From IMG/VR virus record IMGVR_UViG_3300031565_000002: a DNA stretch of 64,000 bases, one strand, 5' to 3'. The translations under genes were made by a program, and so were the position numbers. A model generated the notes under the pieces. That model ran no database searches. It was given only the letters and a program-made list of their open reading frames with translations, and was not told where the DNA came from. The stretch is from an uncultured virus (IMG/VR IMGVR_UViG_3300031565_000002) (taxonomy: Duplodnaviria > Heunggongvirae > Uroviricota > Caudoviricetes). Positions 41,976 through 53,641 of the stretch are shown one piece after another (the stretch's first letter is position 1; each line of letters starts with the position of its first letter).

Positions 41976-44543
41976 CTATCCGCAGGCACTATGACCGCAA
42001 TCTCTACACTGCTTGCAACCACTCAGAATAACAAAATTCTCACTCTTACACGTAGGACATTTCAAACCTTTCAAGACGGTGCCATCTGCTATTGTATTTG
42101 AAATATATTTTCTAACAGCAGTCAATAGACTCGAAACATTATCACCATCAATATCAGATAATGCAACATAAATTCTGGCTCTAGGGATATTATGCCTCAA
42201 GCATAAAGAAATTATTCTACCTAACTTATTGTGATATTCATCATTATTTGCCTTCTCCAACATTGCATCTATAACTTTGCTATTAACACCACAATTTGAG
42301 GCTAATTTCGAAAGTTCTCTTATTGCTTTATTAATTACAACAGCTTGGCCCTTGGGGTGGGAATTAGTATAAATCCACATACAAATAGGAAATTTCATAT
42401 CAGAATCATCTGGTAAATAACTAAAATTAATATAAAACTTCATCCCTTCTCGCTTAATAATTGATGTCGGACCATTTAGGAATGTTCCCGGCAATTTTAT
42501 ATCAGTCTTAATGATTTCCCTTGTCTTCTCTGCTTCTTCTATACTCGATATAACAGACTCCATAGAGCCTTGTCTATATGTAGTTAACCCATTTAGTCCT
42601 CTCTTCCATGCTTCCATATAAAGATTCTTAAAGCCTGTAAAAGAGTAATTCTTCGGAAGGTTAACTGTCTTACTCACCGATTGATTACAATAATACTGCA
42701 CAACCTCCTGTATTGCTAAATGATCATCGACATTTAATTTAGACATCGTAACTATATTATGGGCACTTGGGTCTGCATTTACATTGTCTAACACCCACTG
42801 CCACCCATAATCCCTAACTATTGTAACATTACAAAGACCTCTATTATGAGGCTCATAATGATATATAGTTCCGTTAAATTCACCCCTCCAATAAGAATAA
42901 TCTTTCTCTTTATATTCTTTTAAAATATCCTTAACATTATCCTTATTAAATCCTTCAGGCCAATAGGGTGTAATCCTAACCCTTTCATACTCAAGACTAA
43001 CAACCGGCTCAATACCATTAGATACACTATCGCATATCACACTACTATTGCCAAGTGGCGGGTTAGTTGTAGTTTTAGCATTTCTGACACCATACTTTCT
43101 CATCAGTGCCTTAGTATCATTTGATAACCGATCTGATTTAAAATATTCTGTATCTTCAAATTTATCCTTATCATACGCAGGATAAACACCCTTTTCTTTA
43201 GCCAATAAAGATGATGCTCTCCATGTTAAATTTTCTTTAAGTTGACATATTTTTTTAGTAAATTCAATAGCATCATGAGAATTATATTGAATACCCATCA
43301 TTATCAATGCAGAGCCAAGCCCATTGATCCCAACACCTATCTGCCTAAAATTTTTAACCGACCAATCATAAGATGGCAACGGATTTTTAGCAAGATCATT
43401 AACATTATCAAGCATTCTTACAAATATCTCTATATCGTTTGCGTATGCATCAAAATTAAAAGTCCTATCCATCAAAACATATTGAGTAACATTCAAAGAT
43501 CCTAACAAACAAACTGTCGTTAAATCAGCAAGTCCTGGGATTTCACCGCAAGGATTTGTCGCCATACACTTCCCTAAATAAGCAGCAGGATTATTACTGT
43601 GCATATTATCGACAAAAAGAATACCTGGCTCACCACGATTATAATTAGACTCCATTATAACATTATACAACTCCCTCGCCTTTATTCTTTTATGTACCTT
43701 ATCATTAAAAGTTAAATCGTAAAAATCATTATCCTCAACAGCCTGCATAAACTTATTATCAACAGCAACAGACATATTGAATTTCTGCAAATTACCAGAT
43801 TCCTGCTTAACCCTTACATACTCTTCAATATCAGGATGCCATACATTTAATACACCCATCATAGCACCCTTACGAGCTTGTGCCTTAATAGCATCCTTCA
43901 ACTCATCCAGTTCATCAATTTCATCTTCACTTAAATAATTTTTTATCTTATCCTTATATCCATCAGTATCACCCTGAACGATACACTCAGAAACAGAATC
44001 CCATATACTCATATAAGCAGGTACACCTGGATGCTTTATTCCTATACCCTTAATTATTGATCCTCTTGGTCGTATAAAACTAAAATTAATCCCATATCCA
44101 CCTTCAGATGCTAATGTCCGTGCCTGCTCTAAAATGGTAAGAAAAATATTATGAAGATTGTCAGGGGTATCCGGTGTCTTAATTTTTACTGGATATTCAA
44201 TATCAGAAACAGAACTCTTTCTCTTATAACTTATAGTTGCACTCTTTACAGGGCCATTTATATAACAATTAATCAGGGTTGCCCCATTATAGCTAGTCCC
44301 TGCATTTGCTGTTATTCTCCCGCCGGTAGTACATTTTAAACCTTCGGGCTCATCGGTTTCAATATTAAATTTAACCATCGTCCTAAGGAATTTATCTTCC
44401 CATTCCTCCGGCTTATCTTCTACTGACGCAAGTGCTTTTGCTACCCGTTGCCATGTATAGATCGGTTTTTCACCATTAAAACTATACTTATTTTTCCAAT
44501 TCTCCAAAGCTAGTTGCGTCTTAAACATTGAAACTCCTTCCAA
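41976..44543 (-). CDS. nrdJ: class II (AdoCbl-dependent) ribonucleotide reductase
   Basis: GGRI.ANAG, NC, TNPCGE, SNGIEP, VSKTVN, C-terminal CxxC motifs; no beta subunit adjacent. Confidence 0.88.
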   Translation of the reverse strand: MEGVSMFKTQLALENWKNKYSFNGEKPIYTWQRVAKALASVEDKPEEWEDKFLRTMVKFNIETDEPEGLKCTTGGRITANAGTSYNGATLINCYINGPVKSATISYKRKSSVSDIEYPVKIKTPDTPDNLHNIFLTILEQARTLASEGGYGINFSFIRPRGSIIKGIGIKHPGVPAYMSIWDSVSECIVQGDTDGYKDKIKNYLSEDEIDELDELKDAIKAQARKGAMMGVLNVWHPDIEEYVRVKQESGNLQKFNMSVAVDNKFMQAVEDNDFYDLTFNDKVHKRIKARELYNVIMESNYNRGEPGILFVDNMHSNNPAAYLGKCMATNPCGEIPGLADLTTVCLLGSLNVTQYVLMDRTFNFDAYANDIEIFVRMLDNVNDLAKNPLPSYDWSVKNFRQIGVGINGLGSALIMMGIQYNSHDAIEFTKKICQLKENLTWRASSLLAKEKGVYPAYDKDKFEDTEYFKSDRLSNDTKALMRKYGVRNAKTTTNPPLGNSSVICDSVSNGIEPVVSLEYERVRITPYWPEGFNKDNVKDILKEYKEKDYSYWRGEFNGTIYHYEPHNRGLCNVTIVRDYGWQWVLDNVNADPSAHNIVTMSKLNVDDHLAIQEVVQYYCNQSVSKTVNLPKNYSFTGFKNLYMEAWKRGLNGLTTYRQGSMESVISSIEEAEKTREIIKTDIKLPGTFLNGPTSIIKREGMKFYINFSYLPDDSDMKFPICMWIYTNSHPKGQAVVINKAIRELSKLASNCGVNSKVIDAMLEKANNDEYHNKLGRIISLCLRHNIPRARIYVALSDIDGDNVSSLLTAVRKYISNTIADGTVLKGLKCPTCKSENFVILSGCKQCRDCGHSACG

Positions 44544-44705
44544 TAAAAATCGGATGTTGATATTTCAGAATAAAATACTAATATCAGGACAATGTATTAG
44601 TATTTTACTTTTACATTAAGAAATATCTACAACGATAAAAAGATGCGAAAAATAAATCATCAAAACGAAGATTTTTAAAAAAGGAAGGACAGAAACAACG
44701 TGTAA

Positions 44706-45221
44706 TTAGGTTCCGGTGTGGCCGAAACCCCCTTCACCTCTATCGGTACTTGGTAACTCATCTACTTCTTTGACGCTTAACAATTCAACCCGTGCAACAA
44801 CTATTTGCGCTATTCTCTCATGCTTCTTGATCATATAACTCTCTTGGGAATCATTAATCAATATTACACCTAACATACCACGATAATTACAATCTATTGT
44901 TCCTGGTGAATTCTCTACTCTCAGCCCATTCTTTAAGGCTAAACCACTTCTACTTCTTACTTGTATCTCAAATCCTGGAATACCTACCGTAGCAATTAAA
45001 CCAGTATCTATTAAAAATCTCTCACCTTGCCCAATTCTCCAACCGGCACCATCAATAAACCTTCTATCAGGATTCTGCTTATCAGAATTCCTATCATAAA
45101 ACATTTTTATACCCTGAACAAAAACATCTAGTCCAGAGTCTGTCGGAAGTGCTCTCTCTGGAAGTTTAGCATCTGGTGCTGTCCGCTTAACTAATATTAC
45201 AGGATTATTCTTGTCTACCAT
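44706..45221 (-). CDS. dut: trimeric dUTPase
   Basis: SGLD, RSGLA, PGTID..YRG, RIAQ, RGEGGFGHTG. Confidence 0.95.
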   Translation of the reverse strand: MVDKNNPVILVKRTAPDAKLPERALPTDSGLDVFVQGIKMFYDRNSDKQNPDRRFIDGAGWRIGQGERFLIDTGLIATVGIPGFEIQVRSRSGLALKNGLRVENSPGTIDCNYRGMLGVILINDSQESYMIKKHERIAQIVVARVELLSVKEVDELPSTDRGEGGFGHTGT

Positions 45222-46373
45222 CTTTATCCGGTTTCGTTCTATGTTTCATCGTTTCTATTGTAGTTTTTAATACTTCCAATAACTCAACGACCTTTCTTCT
45301 AGATCCTGAAAAATTCTCACTACCAGAAAGACCCGAAAGCAATAACTCACCAATCTCAACATTTAATATTGCCAATGCTCTTGTTTCTTTTGCTATTACC
45401 AACAACTCATCTTTTATCATTTCACGTGCAATTTTTCTTACATCATCTTCTTTCATCAACAGCCTCCGAATATTCACAAGCACTTGATAATATGCAATTC
45501 TTACAATCCTTAACAAGTCCGACCTGACATAATTTAGCACCTATACTACTATATTTTGTAGTCAGCCTAATCCTATTTATATCACCGAACATTCTTTTAT
45601 AACAACAAATACCAAAAGGTCCCTGCCCCTGAAAATAAAAACATCTCTTGATTCTCGTATTACACTTAACACAATGGAGCGCAACATCGTGACCAGGCTG
45701 TTGATCAGAAGTTCCAATTGATTTTTTCATCGATCTTTATATAGATGGAGCAACAACTAAACTAAAAATACTAATTCTCAAATCGTTCTTATCAGACTCT
45801 TTGAGCAATGTTATAATAACCTTAACGTTTGCTGCTTTACTGATATCACTACTAACATTTACCATAAAGTTAGCCACGTCGGATTCTTTTTCTCCCTTAT
45901 TCATTGCCATAACATTTTTGCAAGCATTGTTCACCTGCGACATAATCTTACTATTTCTCATCAGATCTTCAACAAGACCCTGATCTTCTTTCCTCATATT
46001 TTCATAAGCAACAACATTAAGATCATTTTTCCCAGGTCTTTTATTAAAAAATAAATCAGCAAGTTTCTTCATGTCTTTCTCCTATTTTTTATCTTTCTTT
46101 AAGGTCTCCGATTTTGCCTTTACAGCCGACTTGTTTTCTTTTAGGATAGCTATATTAGCACATACTACATAAAGTTCTTTTTCTAATACTTCAATTTGTC
46201 TTCTGTGATCTGCAAGATTTTCTTCTAATTTACCTTTACTTGCTTCAGCTTCGGACACTAATTTCTCAATAGATTCAAATTCATCAGTCAATTTGCTGAC
46301 AATAAAATTATCAAGATTTATCTTATGCACCTTATCTATTTCCACTACTTACCTCCTCATGTAATTCGCAATT

Positions 46374-48551
46374 TCACGCACTATTCAATATTACTCCAAT
46401 ATCATCAATATTCTTTGTCCGATAATAATTAGGTAATGACCTCAGAATCACTCCTGCATACCCTTTCGTAAGCATTCTTCTATCCAGCACTACGACTGCA
46501 CCCCTATCAGTTTCTCTCCTTATAAGCCTTCCTGTGCCCTGCTTGAGCCGTAATGTTGCATCGGGGAGAGAATACGCTACAAAAGCGTTTAGCCCCCTAC
46601 GTTTAATAAAGTCCATTCTTGCAGCAATCAACGGATCGCTAGGATTGCTAAATGGCAATTTAGGAATAATAACGCAACTTAATTTATCACCAGGAACATC
46701 AATTCCTTGCCAAAAAGATTCAGCACCAAATAAAATAGAATTATCTTCATCCATAAAATCTGCTAACAATTTATCCCTCGAATAATTTATGCTTTGCTTA
46801 AATACAGGATATCCCCAGTCATTAAAAACATCTCCAACTAAATTATAAGTATCATCCATTAATTTATAAGACGTAAATAAAACAAATGCCCTACCCTCAG
46901 TTATTTTTACTATCCTTTTCAACTGATCAGCAACACGCACAGCAAAAGCATCACCATTATGAACGGTTGGCTCCATACTATCTTCAGGAACACATAGGAT
47001 TGCCTGCTCTAAATAATTAAAAGGAGTACCTACGACAAGCTGCTCAGCATTATTGGCAATAATTCCTAATCTACCACCTATAAAATCAAACTGACCATTA
47101 ACTGCAAGCGTAGCAGAAGTTAAAATACAAGTATCAACCCTACCAAATAAATTACCACTTAACTCCTTCGCTATATCCACTGGGGCTCCATGTATAGCAG
47201 CGTTAGTTTCACTCGCTTCAACCCAATATGCCCAATCAGAATTTTTTAAATTAACCACAGTATCTAAATCATTTATTAATGTAACTGTCCTATCCAAAAA
47301 TGTAACAAGGTCACGCCTTTCTGCGCCGTCAATATCAGTCTCTTCCCCAGATTGCTTACGTTTCCCTGCGCCAGATTCAATAGCATCAACAATTTTCTTC
47401 AAGCAAATTGAAACATCCCTTAAAGCATCTAACAATCCATATGCATCTATAAATCCTGATTTCTTTACCCTAGAAACTCTTTCATGCTTATATTTAAGTT
47501 TTAATTGATGGAAAAAATTAGTTGATTCTATTTGAAGTCCCTCTATTAACTTTGGTATCTTCCGAAGAAACATCTCATCTCCAACAACCTTTTTTAAAGC
47601 ATTATTCTTAGTGGTATTCATAGCGAGGGACCCAATAAAATGCTTCAACCTAAAACTGCTCATTCTGATCCCCATAAAATTAGCAGCAACATCTTCTATA
47701 TTATGTGCCTCATCAAATATAACAACATCAAATTTAGGAATAACAGCATTTTCTAATGTGAATTTTGTAGCCTTCCTAACTGCTAAATCAGAAAAAAACA
47801 AAGCGTGGTTCACAACTAAAATATTAGCCACCTTCTGTCTCTCTTTAGCCTTGAAATAATAACAATCACCATAAAATGTACACCTTTTCCTGTGGCAACC
47901 GTCACTTTCAGCACAAATCTCACCCCATAATTTACGATCAATCTCTTCTTCTATATCTTCTCTTACACCATTACAATCAGGCATATCACATAAATCATCA
48001 TCTTCTTCCATTACTGCTTTAAGTCTTTTCTCATTCCTATCTTCCTTTTCATCATCATCTTCTATTAAAGACTTTTTTGAACTAGCCAACTCAAAAAATT
48101 TCTTAAATTTAATTTTATCCCTACAATAAAATGCAACGACTCTACGCAACAACGCTATATCATCATAATCATTAGTATTCAAGTATTTTAATAATCTATG
48201 AAAACATATAAAATTACCAATCCCTATTATTTTCTCAGTCTTAAAGTCAAAAGGGATTATTCTCTCAAGAAAAGGAATGTCTTTAGTTAATATCTGACTC
48301 TGTAAATTTTTAGTTTTCGTAGATATGATAACTCTTTTATCATTATCAACGGCATATTTAATAGCAGGGACTAAATAAGCAAAAGTTTTGCCGGTACCTG
48401 TCCCGGCTTCTATTAATGCATGTTTTCTTTTATTGATTGCTATACTAACAGACTTTGCCATATCAATCTGTTGAATTCTTACCTGATAAGTAGAACTCTC
48501 CCTATTAAAAGCCCCTCCCTTCCCCAATATTTCATTTATGAACCTATACAT
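46374..48551 (-). CDS. dinG: DinG/YoaA family helicase
   Basis: EAGTGTGKT, Fe-S cysteines, DEAH, SATL, WQGIDVPG, QGTGRLIR. Confidence 0.92.
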   Translation of the reverse strand: MYRFINEILGKGGAFNRESSTYQVRIQQIDMAKSVSIAINKRKHALIEAGTGTGKTFAYLVPAIKYAVDNDKRVIISTKTKNLQSQILTKDIPFLERIIPFDFKTEKIIGIGNFICFHRLLKYLNTNDYDDIALLRRVVAFYCRDKIKFKKFFELASSKKSLIEDDDEKEDRNEKRLKAVMEEDDDLCDMPDCNGVREDIEEEIDRKLWGEICAESDGCHRKRCTFYGDCYYFKAKERQKVANILVVNHALFFSDLAVRKATKFTLENAVIPKFDVVIFDEAHNIEDVAANFMGIRMSSFRLKHFIGSLAMNTTKNNALKKVVGDEMFLRKIPKLIEGLQIESTNFFHQLKLKYKHERVSRVKKSGFIDAYGLLDALRDVSICLKKIVDAIESGAGKRKQSGEETDIDGAERRDLVTFLDRTVTLINDLDTVVNLKNSDWAYWVEASETNAAIHGAPVDIAKELSGNLFGRVDTCILTSATLAVNGQFDFIGGRLGIIANNAEQLVVGTPFNYLEQAILCVPEDSMEPTVHNGDAFAVRVADQLKRIVKITEGRAFVLFTSYKLMDDTYNLVGDVFNDWGYPVFKQSINYSRDKLLADFMDEDNSILFGAESFWQGIDVPGDKLSCVIIPKLPFSNPSDPLIAARMDFIKRRGLNAFVAYSLPDATLRLKQGTGRLIRRETDRGAVVVLDRRMLTKGYAGVILRSLPNYYRTKNIDDIGVILNSA

Positions 48552-49239
48552 TACAGCCCCTTAAAAATTATTCATCAGTCGAATTAGATTGTTTATCAAA
48601 CTCTTCGGCTTCTCTCTCAAATTCAGATACTTCTTCATCGGTAAACTCATCATCTTTTCCATCATCTTTTTCATCATCCACTAAATCATCAGATTCTTCA
48701 GGATATAACAGGGTAGACTGCTTTTCTATCTCATCATACATAGCCATAAGTTTATCGCATATCTCCTGTATCTCATTGAAAATTACGCTCTGCATATTAT
48801 CGAGTTCATTTTGAAATACCTCCAATGTTGGCAAAAAGCACTCATAAACAGATCCATCATCAACTGCTTTTTTATGGTCAACCGACTCAACCATCTTTAT
48901 AAAAACATCTTTTTGAACCTTTATTTTTTTCATCAAGGCTTCAAAATCTCTAGTTAACTCACTCCTTGCCATATATCTCCTCCTTATATAACGATAAGTT
49001 CTTTTTACAAAATTTTGCCATACAATATATTATAAAAAGATAATACGAATCGTAAAAAAATATCTCAAAAAAGATTTTTCGACATTAAATTATTGTCGTT
49101 CATTTAATTTTTTTAACTCTTCAAGAATCTGCTTATCTATCTCTATCTGTTGATCTAATTTCTCCATTACACCAACCATTGCATTAGCCATTATCACTAA
49201 TGCCTGCTTAATAGCCTCAAAATCCATAATTCCCCCTTA

Positions 49240-49908
49240 TTATTGGTACAATTCCATAATACTCTTCCTGGAACTAATATAATCAGCCATGTAGCATATA
49301 AAGATAGGACTTTGTGCATCGTGGAGATTTTCTGTGGCAGGAATAACACTCCAAAAACCGTAATGACCCTCAATCGCTTTCATAATATCATCGAAAAAAG
49401 GAAGCTTATACATATATACATCATCTAATTTTTTCAAAAACAACAACTCCCTAACATAATATGGATGCATTCTATCAGATGATATTTTACCCCCAGATTT
49501 TCTTTCTCTCCCCTCGTAACCGGCTTTCAAAATATCATGCAGTATACATGCTGATATTACCACATTATAATCTCGCTTACGATCTTCCCTAAGGTCTCTG
49601 GCTAAATGACCAAACCATCCCAATCCTCTCATCATCTGATCGGCAATAACAACAACTTTTTTGACATGCTTAACAAGACCACCGGGAGCACATTCTTCTG
49701 GAAGATGATACTTCCCTGATGTACTAGCTGGTACTTCCCAAAAATACTTAGGGGCATACTTAATCAATACTTCCTTTGTAAACTTTCTTATCTTTATATC
49801 ATCTAACATCTCAAGTTCATTATAGAAATTTGCCATAACCCTACCTTTTGCTTCTGTGGCATTTTCTATATCCTTAATTATATCGCCTCTATCTTCTTTT
49901 GGTTTCAT
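49240..49908 (-). CDS. HD-domain phosphohydrolase
   Basis: PAS..GKYH, GGLVKH, LHD, H.G, ADY. Confidence 0.8.
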   Translation of the reverse strand: MKPKEDRGDIIKDIENATEAKGRVMANFYNELEMLDDIKIRKFTKEVLIKYAPKYFWEVPASTSGKYHLPEECAPGGLVKHVKKVVVIADQMMRGLGWFGHLARDLREDRKRDYNVVISACILHDILKAGYEGRERKSGGKISSDRMHPYYVRELLFLKKLDDVYMYKLPFFDDIMKAIEGHYGFWSVIPATENLHDAQSPIFICYMADYISSRKSIMELYQ

Positions 49909-50535
49909 TTATAACCCCAAAATATCTATTGTTTTATCTAATTTTAAATGCAAATCCCCGATAGTACCATTATTATTTATAACAATATCAAACTTAAAAT
50001 CATTTAAATCATTTTCAGTAGAATGATCTGCCCCACATTCAATATCAGGACAATTCTCCCTGGTAACAGAAATAGAATAACATTCGATTTCAGGCACCCT
50101 CACAGTCCCCGCTATTGACCCATTACACCCATCCCTTATCCTCATATAATCAACAATATCATCTTTTAAAAAAATCTTATTAACATCATAAAAAGCCCTA
50201 TATATCTCAACTATCTCTTCCTCTAACCTACAATCAGACAGTACAAAATTCATTTGCCCATGTATTACTTCACTTACTATCTTGGAAATCATCAAATTCA
50301 ACCAATAAAATTGGTTAACCTTATCCCTAAACATATCCCCAATACCAAGTAATGCTCTTCTGCTATGTACATTCTTTTTATGATAAACTTCATCATGCGT
50401 AAAATGAAAATACTTCATCGCATAATCTTTTATTGCTTTAGCATACCACAATTTTTTAGCATTAAACTTTTTTACAAGGTAATCAGCTACAGTATCTTTA
50501 CCACTCTTTGCCTTCCCGTGTATCAAAAAAATCAC
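49909..50535 (-). CDS. deoxynucleoside monophosphate kinase-like
   Basis: GKAKSGKDT, A..IK, SDCR..E, HSTE, INNNG. Confidence 0.82.
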   Translation of the reverse strand: MIFLIHGKAKSGKDTVADYLVKKFNAKKLWYAKAIKDYAMKYFHFTHDEVYHKKNVHSRRALLGIGDMFRDKVNQFYWLNLMISKIVSEVIHGQMNFVLSDCRLEEEIVEIYRAFYDVNKIFLKDDIVDYMRIRDGCNGSIAGTVRVPEIECYSISVTRENCPDIECGADHSTENDLNDFKFDIVINNNGTIGDLHLKLDKTIDILGL

Positions 50536-51672
50536 TACTCATCCCCTTCCTCCTTTTTCCCACCATATGACTTCCGAATATCTTCAACACCACGATTTTG
50601 AACAGCCTTCCTAATATCTGCAGCAGACCCTTCAAACTCATTTATAATTGCCTGTTTTTCTTCAATGCTATCTTGAGCAGCATTAAGTGCTAATTTAAAG
50701 TCACCCAATTTTTCTAACGCCTTATCAAGGTCTATTCGAAGTACACGATTTTCCTTTTCAACCTGAATAATAGCACCATCTTCTTCTCCGGCAATATCTT
50801 TATACCCCTCCATAATCGCAGCAATTGATGCTGTAACATCGGTATAATGCTCAATATCCTTTTTTTGAATAACTACTTCTTGGGCAAGATTATCAATAAA
50901 CCCAACAACAATAACACAGGGGGTTGTAACCTTACTGCCGGACCACAATTTCTTTTCTGCCTCTCCGACCACCTTAAAAGGTTGACCGTTTGGACTTATT
51001 ATCCACATTCCTTTTTCAACTTTTTCCACAACGCTACTCCTGTTTTTCTTCTGATCCATCTTCATTTTTTTTCTTCTTTGACGGCTTAATAGTACCGGCA
51101 AATTTCTCTCCAGCGCCAAAAATAAAACCAGGCACTGACTTCATCCATTTCCCGACAAAAGGGACAAAACCAGAAAGTACACCAAGGCCAAAAATAATAG
51201 CAGCAACCTTTAATACATCAACTAATAACATTGTCCACATCAAAGAACTCATGACATTACCCTCCTACCTTTTTGATCGTTCACGTATATCTATAATATC
51301 CTGGCCATCTTCAATTTTCCCAAAACCTAAATCTTTCTTTTGTCCATTCATAGGACAATCACAAGGAATACAATAAGAAGTATTATCGGTACGTATACAA
51401 TATTTATACTCCTTTTTTGTTACATCGCCTCTCTCGCTATACCTTAGCCGACATTTTCTGCAAGCAGTAGGGAGTGACTGTTCAAACGGAGGGATTGGCT
51501 TAACTCTACTTATTCTTATATCAATCTGATTAACAATACTAGATATCAATTTATCGTCAGGATCAATGTCATGACCTAAATTTTTAGCAAATACTTGCAA
51601 ATAAGCAGATATATCATTTTTGCAAAATCCGTCCATATTCTAATATAACAAACAACAGGATCAAAGTAAACA

Positions 51673-51699
51673 AAAAGGGCGCATATTCTCATGCGCCCT
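51673..51699 (-). terminator. intrinsic terminator
   Basis: AGGGCGCAT/ATGCGCCCT stem followed by T run. Confidence 0.65.
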
Positions 51700-51724
51700 A
51701 TAATATTAAACTCTTCTGGATGTA

Positions 51725-52750
51725 TTATTTTCTGCGAATTTTCTTCACTGAATCTGTCTTTTTAACGGTCTTTTTGCCGGTAATCTTCATCTTTCTAACA
51801 GCCCTGTCCTTTCTGACCGATTTCTTAACCTTACTATCAACTTTAACATTATTCAGCCAAAATTCCCAATCAGTCGCTTTAGGATTTGAACTAAATTGAT
51901 AGTAACATCCATTGCGCACCATAGCAAAGCCCTTATTCCACCTTGGATGGGTGGTATCGGCAAACATTATGTAATGGGTACGCTCATAATCAGTCATACA
52001 TCCTAAATCGGCAGCAACATCTCTTCCTGAACTGTCGAAACAATAACCCTGATGATGACCATGTGCCCCAAGGACAGAACACCTATACTTTTCGGCTAAC
52101 TTCGTTGGAACTCTTGCTGTAATAATTGAAAAATTCCTGGGATGGGTTAACCTCCACGTTCCACCATTCTCAAGTTCCATAAATGGATGAGAACTTATGA
52201 AGAGTTTTTTGTTTACTTGATCAGAAATCAGCCTACCAAAATCTCCTGGCTCTAACTGGAAATTGAAAAGCTTACTTAATCGCTCATCATGATTCCCAAA
52301 ACACCAGTCAATCCTATCAAACCACTCAAAAAGTAAACTTAGAAAATCTTCTGCGGAATCTAAATCTTTCTTTAGTGAAGAGTTGCGATTTTTAGTGTCA
52401 AAACGACTAATCACATCGAAATCAATAAGGTCCCCTACAACGGCGAGTTTCTTGATATTGAATTTTTTTGCTATCAATATCATCTTAAAAGCTATGTCAC
52501 TATCAATTAGGGGCAAATGCCAATCCGAAGAAACTATATAATCGCCCTCTAACTTAAAATAATTCGTTAATTTCTCCGCTACTCCTTCGATAGCTTTTAA
52601 TTTCTCTAAAGTCTTACTTTCCCTATGTAACATAGTACAAATAGGACTGCAAAACTTTTTACCAACCCCTACGTAGTCATTTCCACAGTGATCACACTTT
52701 CTCTTGACTAAGGTAGGCATAAGACCTCCCTTCATCTGCGTATGTATCAC
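51725..52750 (-). CDS. metallophosphoesterase
   Basis: SDWH, GDLID, GNHD, AHGH. Confidence 0.85.
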   Translation of the reverse strand: MIHTQMKGGLMPTLVKRKCDHCGNDYVGVGKKFCSPICTMLHRESKTLEKLKAIEGVAEKLTNYFKLEGDYIVSSDWHLPLIDSDIAFKMILIAKKFNIKKLAVVGDLIDFDVISRFDTKNRNSSLKKDLDSAEDFLSLLFEWFDRIDWCFGNHDERLSKLFNFQLEPGDFGRLISDQVNKKLFISSHPFMELENGGTWRLTHPRNFSIITARVPTKLAEKYRCSVLGAHGHHQGYCFDSSGRDVAADLGCMTDYERTHYIMFADTTHPRWNKGFAMVRNGCYYQFSSNPKATDWEFWLNNVKVDSKVKKSVRKDRAVRKMKITGKKTVKKTDSVKKIRRK

Positions 52751-52825
52751 TACGTCGGTATAACTTCTTAGGCGCTTAATTACTTAATAGTTTACTTTAC
52801 TTTCAATGTAGTAAATATCGAAAAA

Positions 52826-53626
52826 TCATTCATTTTTATCATCTTTAAACGCAACTACGTGAAGTGGGTTGTTATTCATAAAAGCACTATCAACCTTTAA
52901 CGGTGGGATATGAGAGTCGGTTGAATCAAAAAATTGCTCAAAAACCCTTGACGTTACACCCATATAAATAAATTGGTTTCTATCAAACTCTTCCTTTACA
53001 GATGTGCGGTAACTTCCTATATAAGAATACATGTCTCCTTTTTTCTTTTCCGTCTTTGAGTAGCCAGGCCCGCCCAAATACCTTTTAACTCCATGCTCTA
53101 ATCCATTTTCATTTATCCCCTCAGACAAATAAGTAAAACCTATTACCATATTATGAATATCATTCCACAAAGTCTCATCAGAATCATATTTAATGCCAAT
53201 TTTTTTAGCAACACACCTTGCTGTATTTGGCATAAGTTGAGTTAATCCAGCAGCCCCGACTTTAGATCTTGCAGTAGGATTAAAATTAGACTCAATTCTA
53301 ACAATTGTTGGATATATCTCCCACGGAATGTTATATTTCATAGCAAAATCATCGTAAATCATAGAATAATATCTTGCTTCATATTTAGAAATACGATAAT
53401 TCACCAAAAGTGTCAACTGCATATTCTCTAATCTTAATTTCCTATCCAAAAATGGCTGCAACTGTTTCTCAAGAGTAGCAACCCCATTTTTTGCAATGTT
53501 TATTTGTCCATACATCGTATATATGCAGAAACATGCGACAGAACAAACGATAATCAATATTGCGATATAAATAATGTGAGCCTTTAAAAACGTTTTGCTC
53601 ACATTTTTATCTAAATCTTCAGTCAC
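52826..53626 (-). CDS. SLT-domain lytic transglycosylase, membrane anchored
   Basis: IESNFNPTARSKVGAAGLTQLMP.TA. Confidence 0.9.
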   Translation of the reverse strand: MTEDLDKNVSKTFLKAHIIYIAILIIVCSVACFCIYTMYGQINIAKNGVATLEKQLQPFLDRKLRLENMQLTLLVNYRISKYEARYYSMIYDDFAMKYNIPWEIYPTIVRIESNFNPTARSKVGAAGLTQLMPNTARCVAKKIGIKYDSDETLWNDIHNMVIGFTYLSEGINENGLEHGVKRYLGGPGYSKTEKKKGDMYSYIGSYRTSVKEEFDRNQFIYMGVTSRVFEQFFDSTDSHIPPLKVDSAFMNNNPLHVVAFKDDKNE

Positions 53627-53641
53627 CTTTATCCTCCTCGG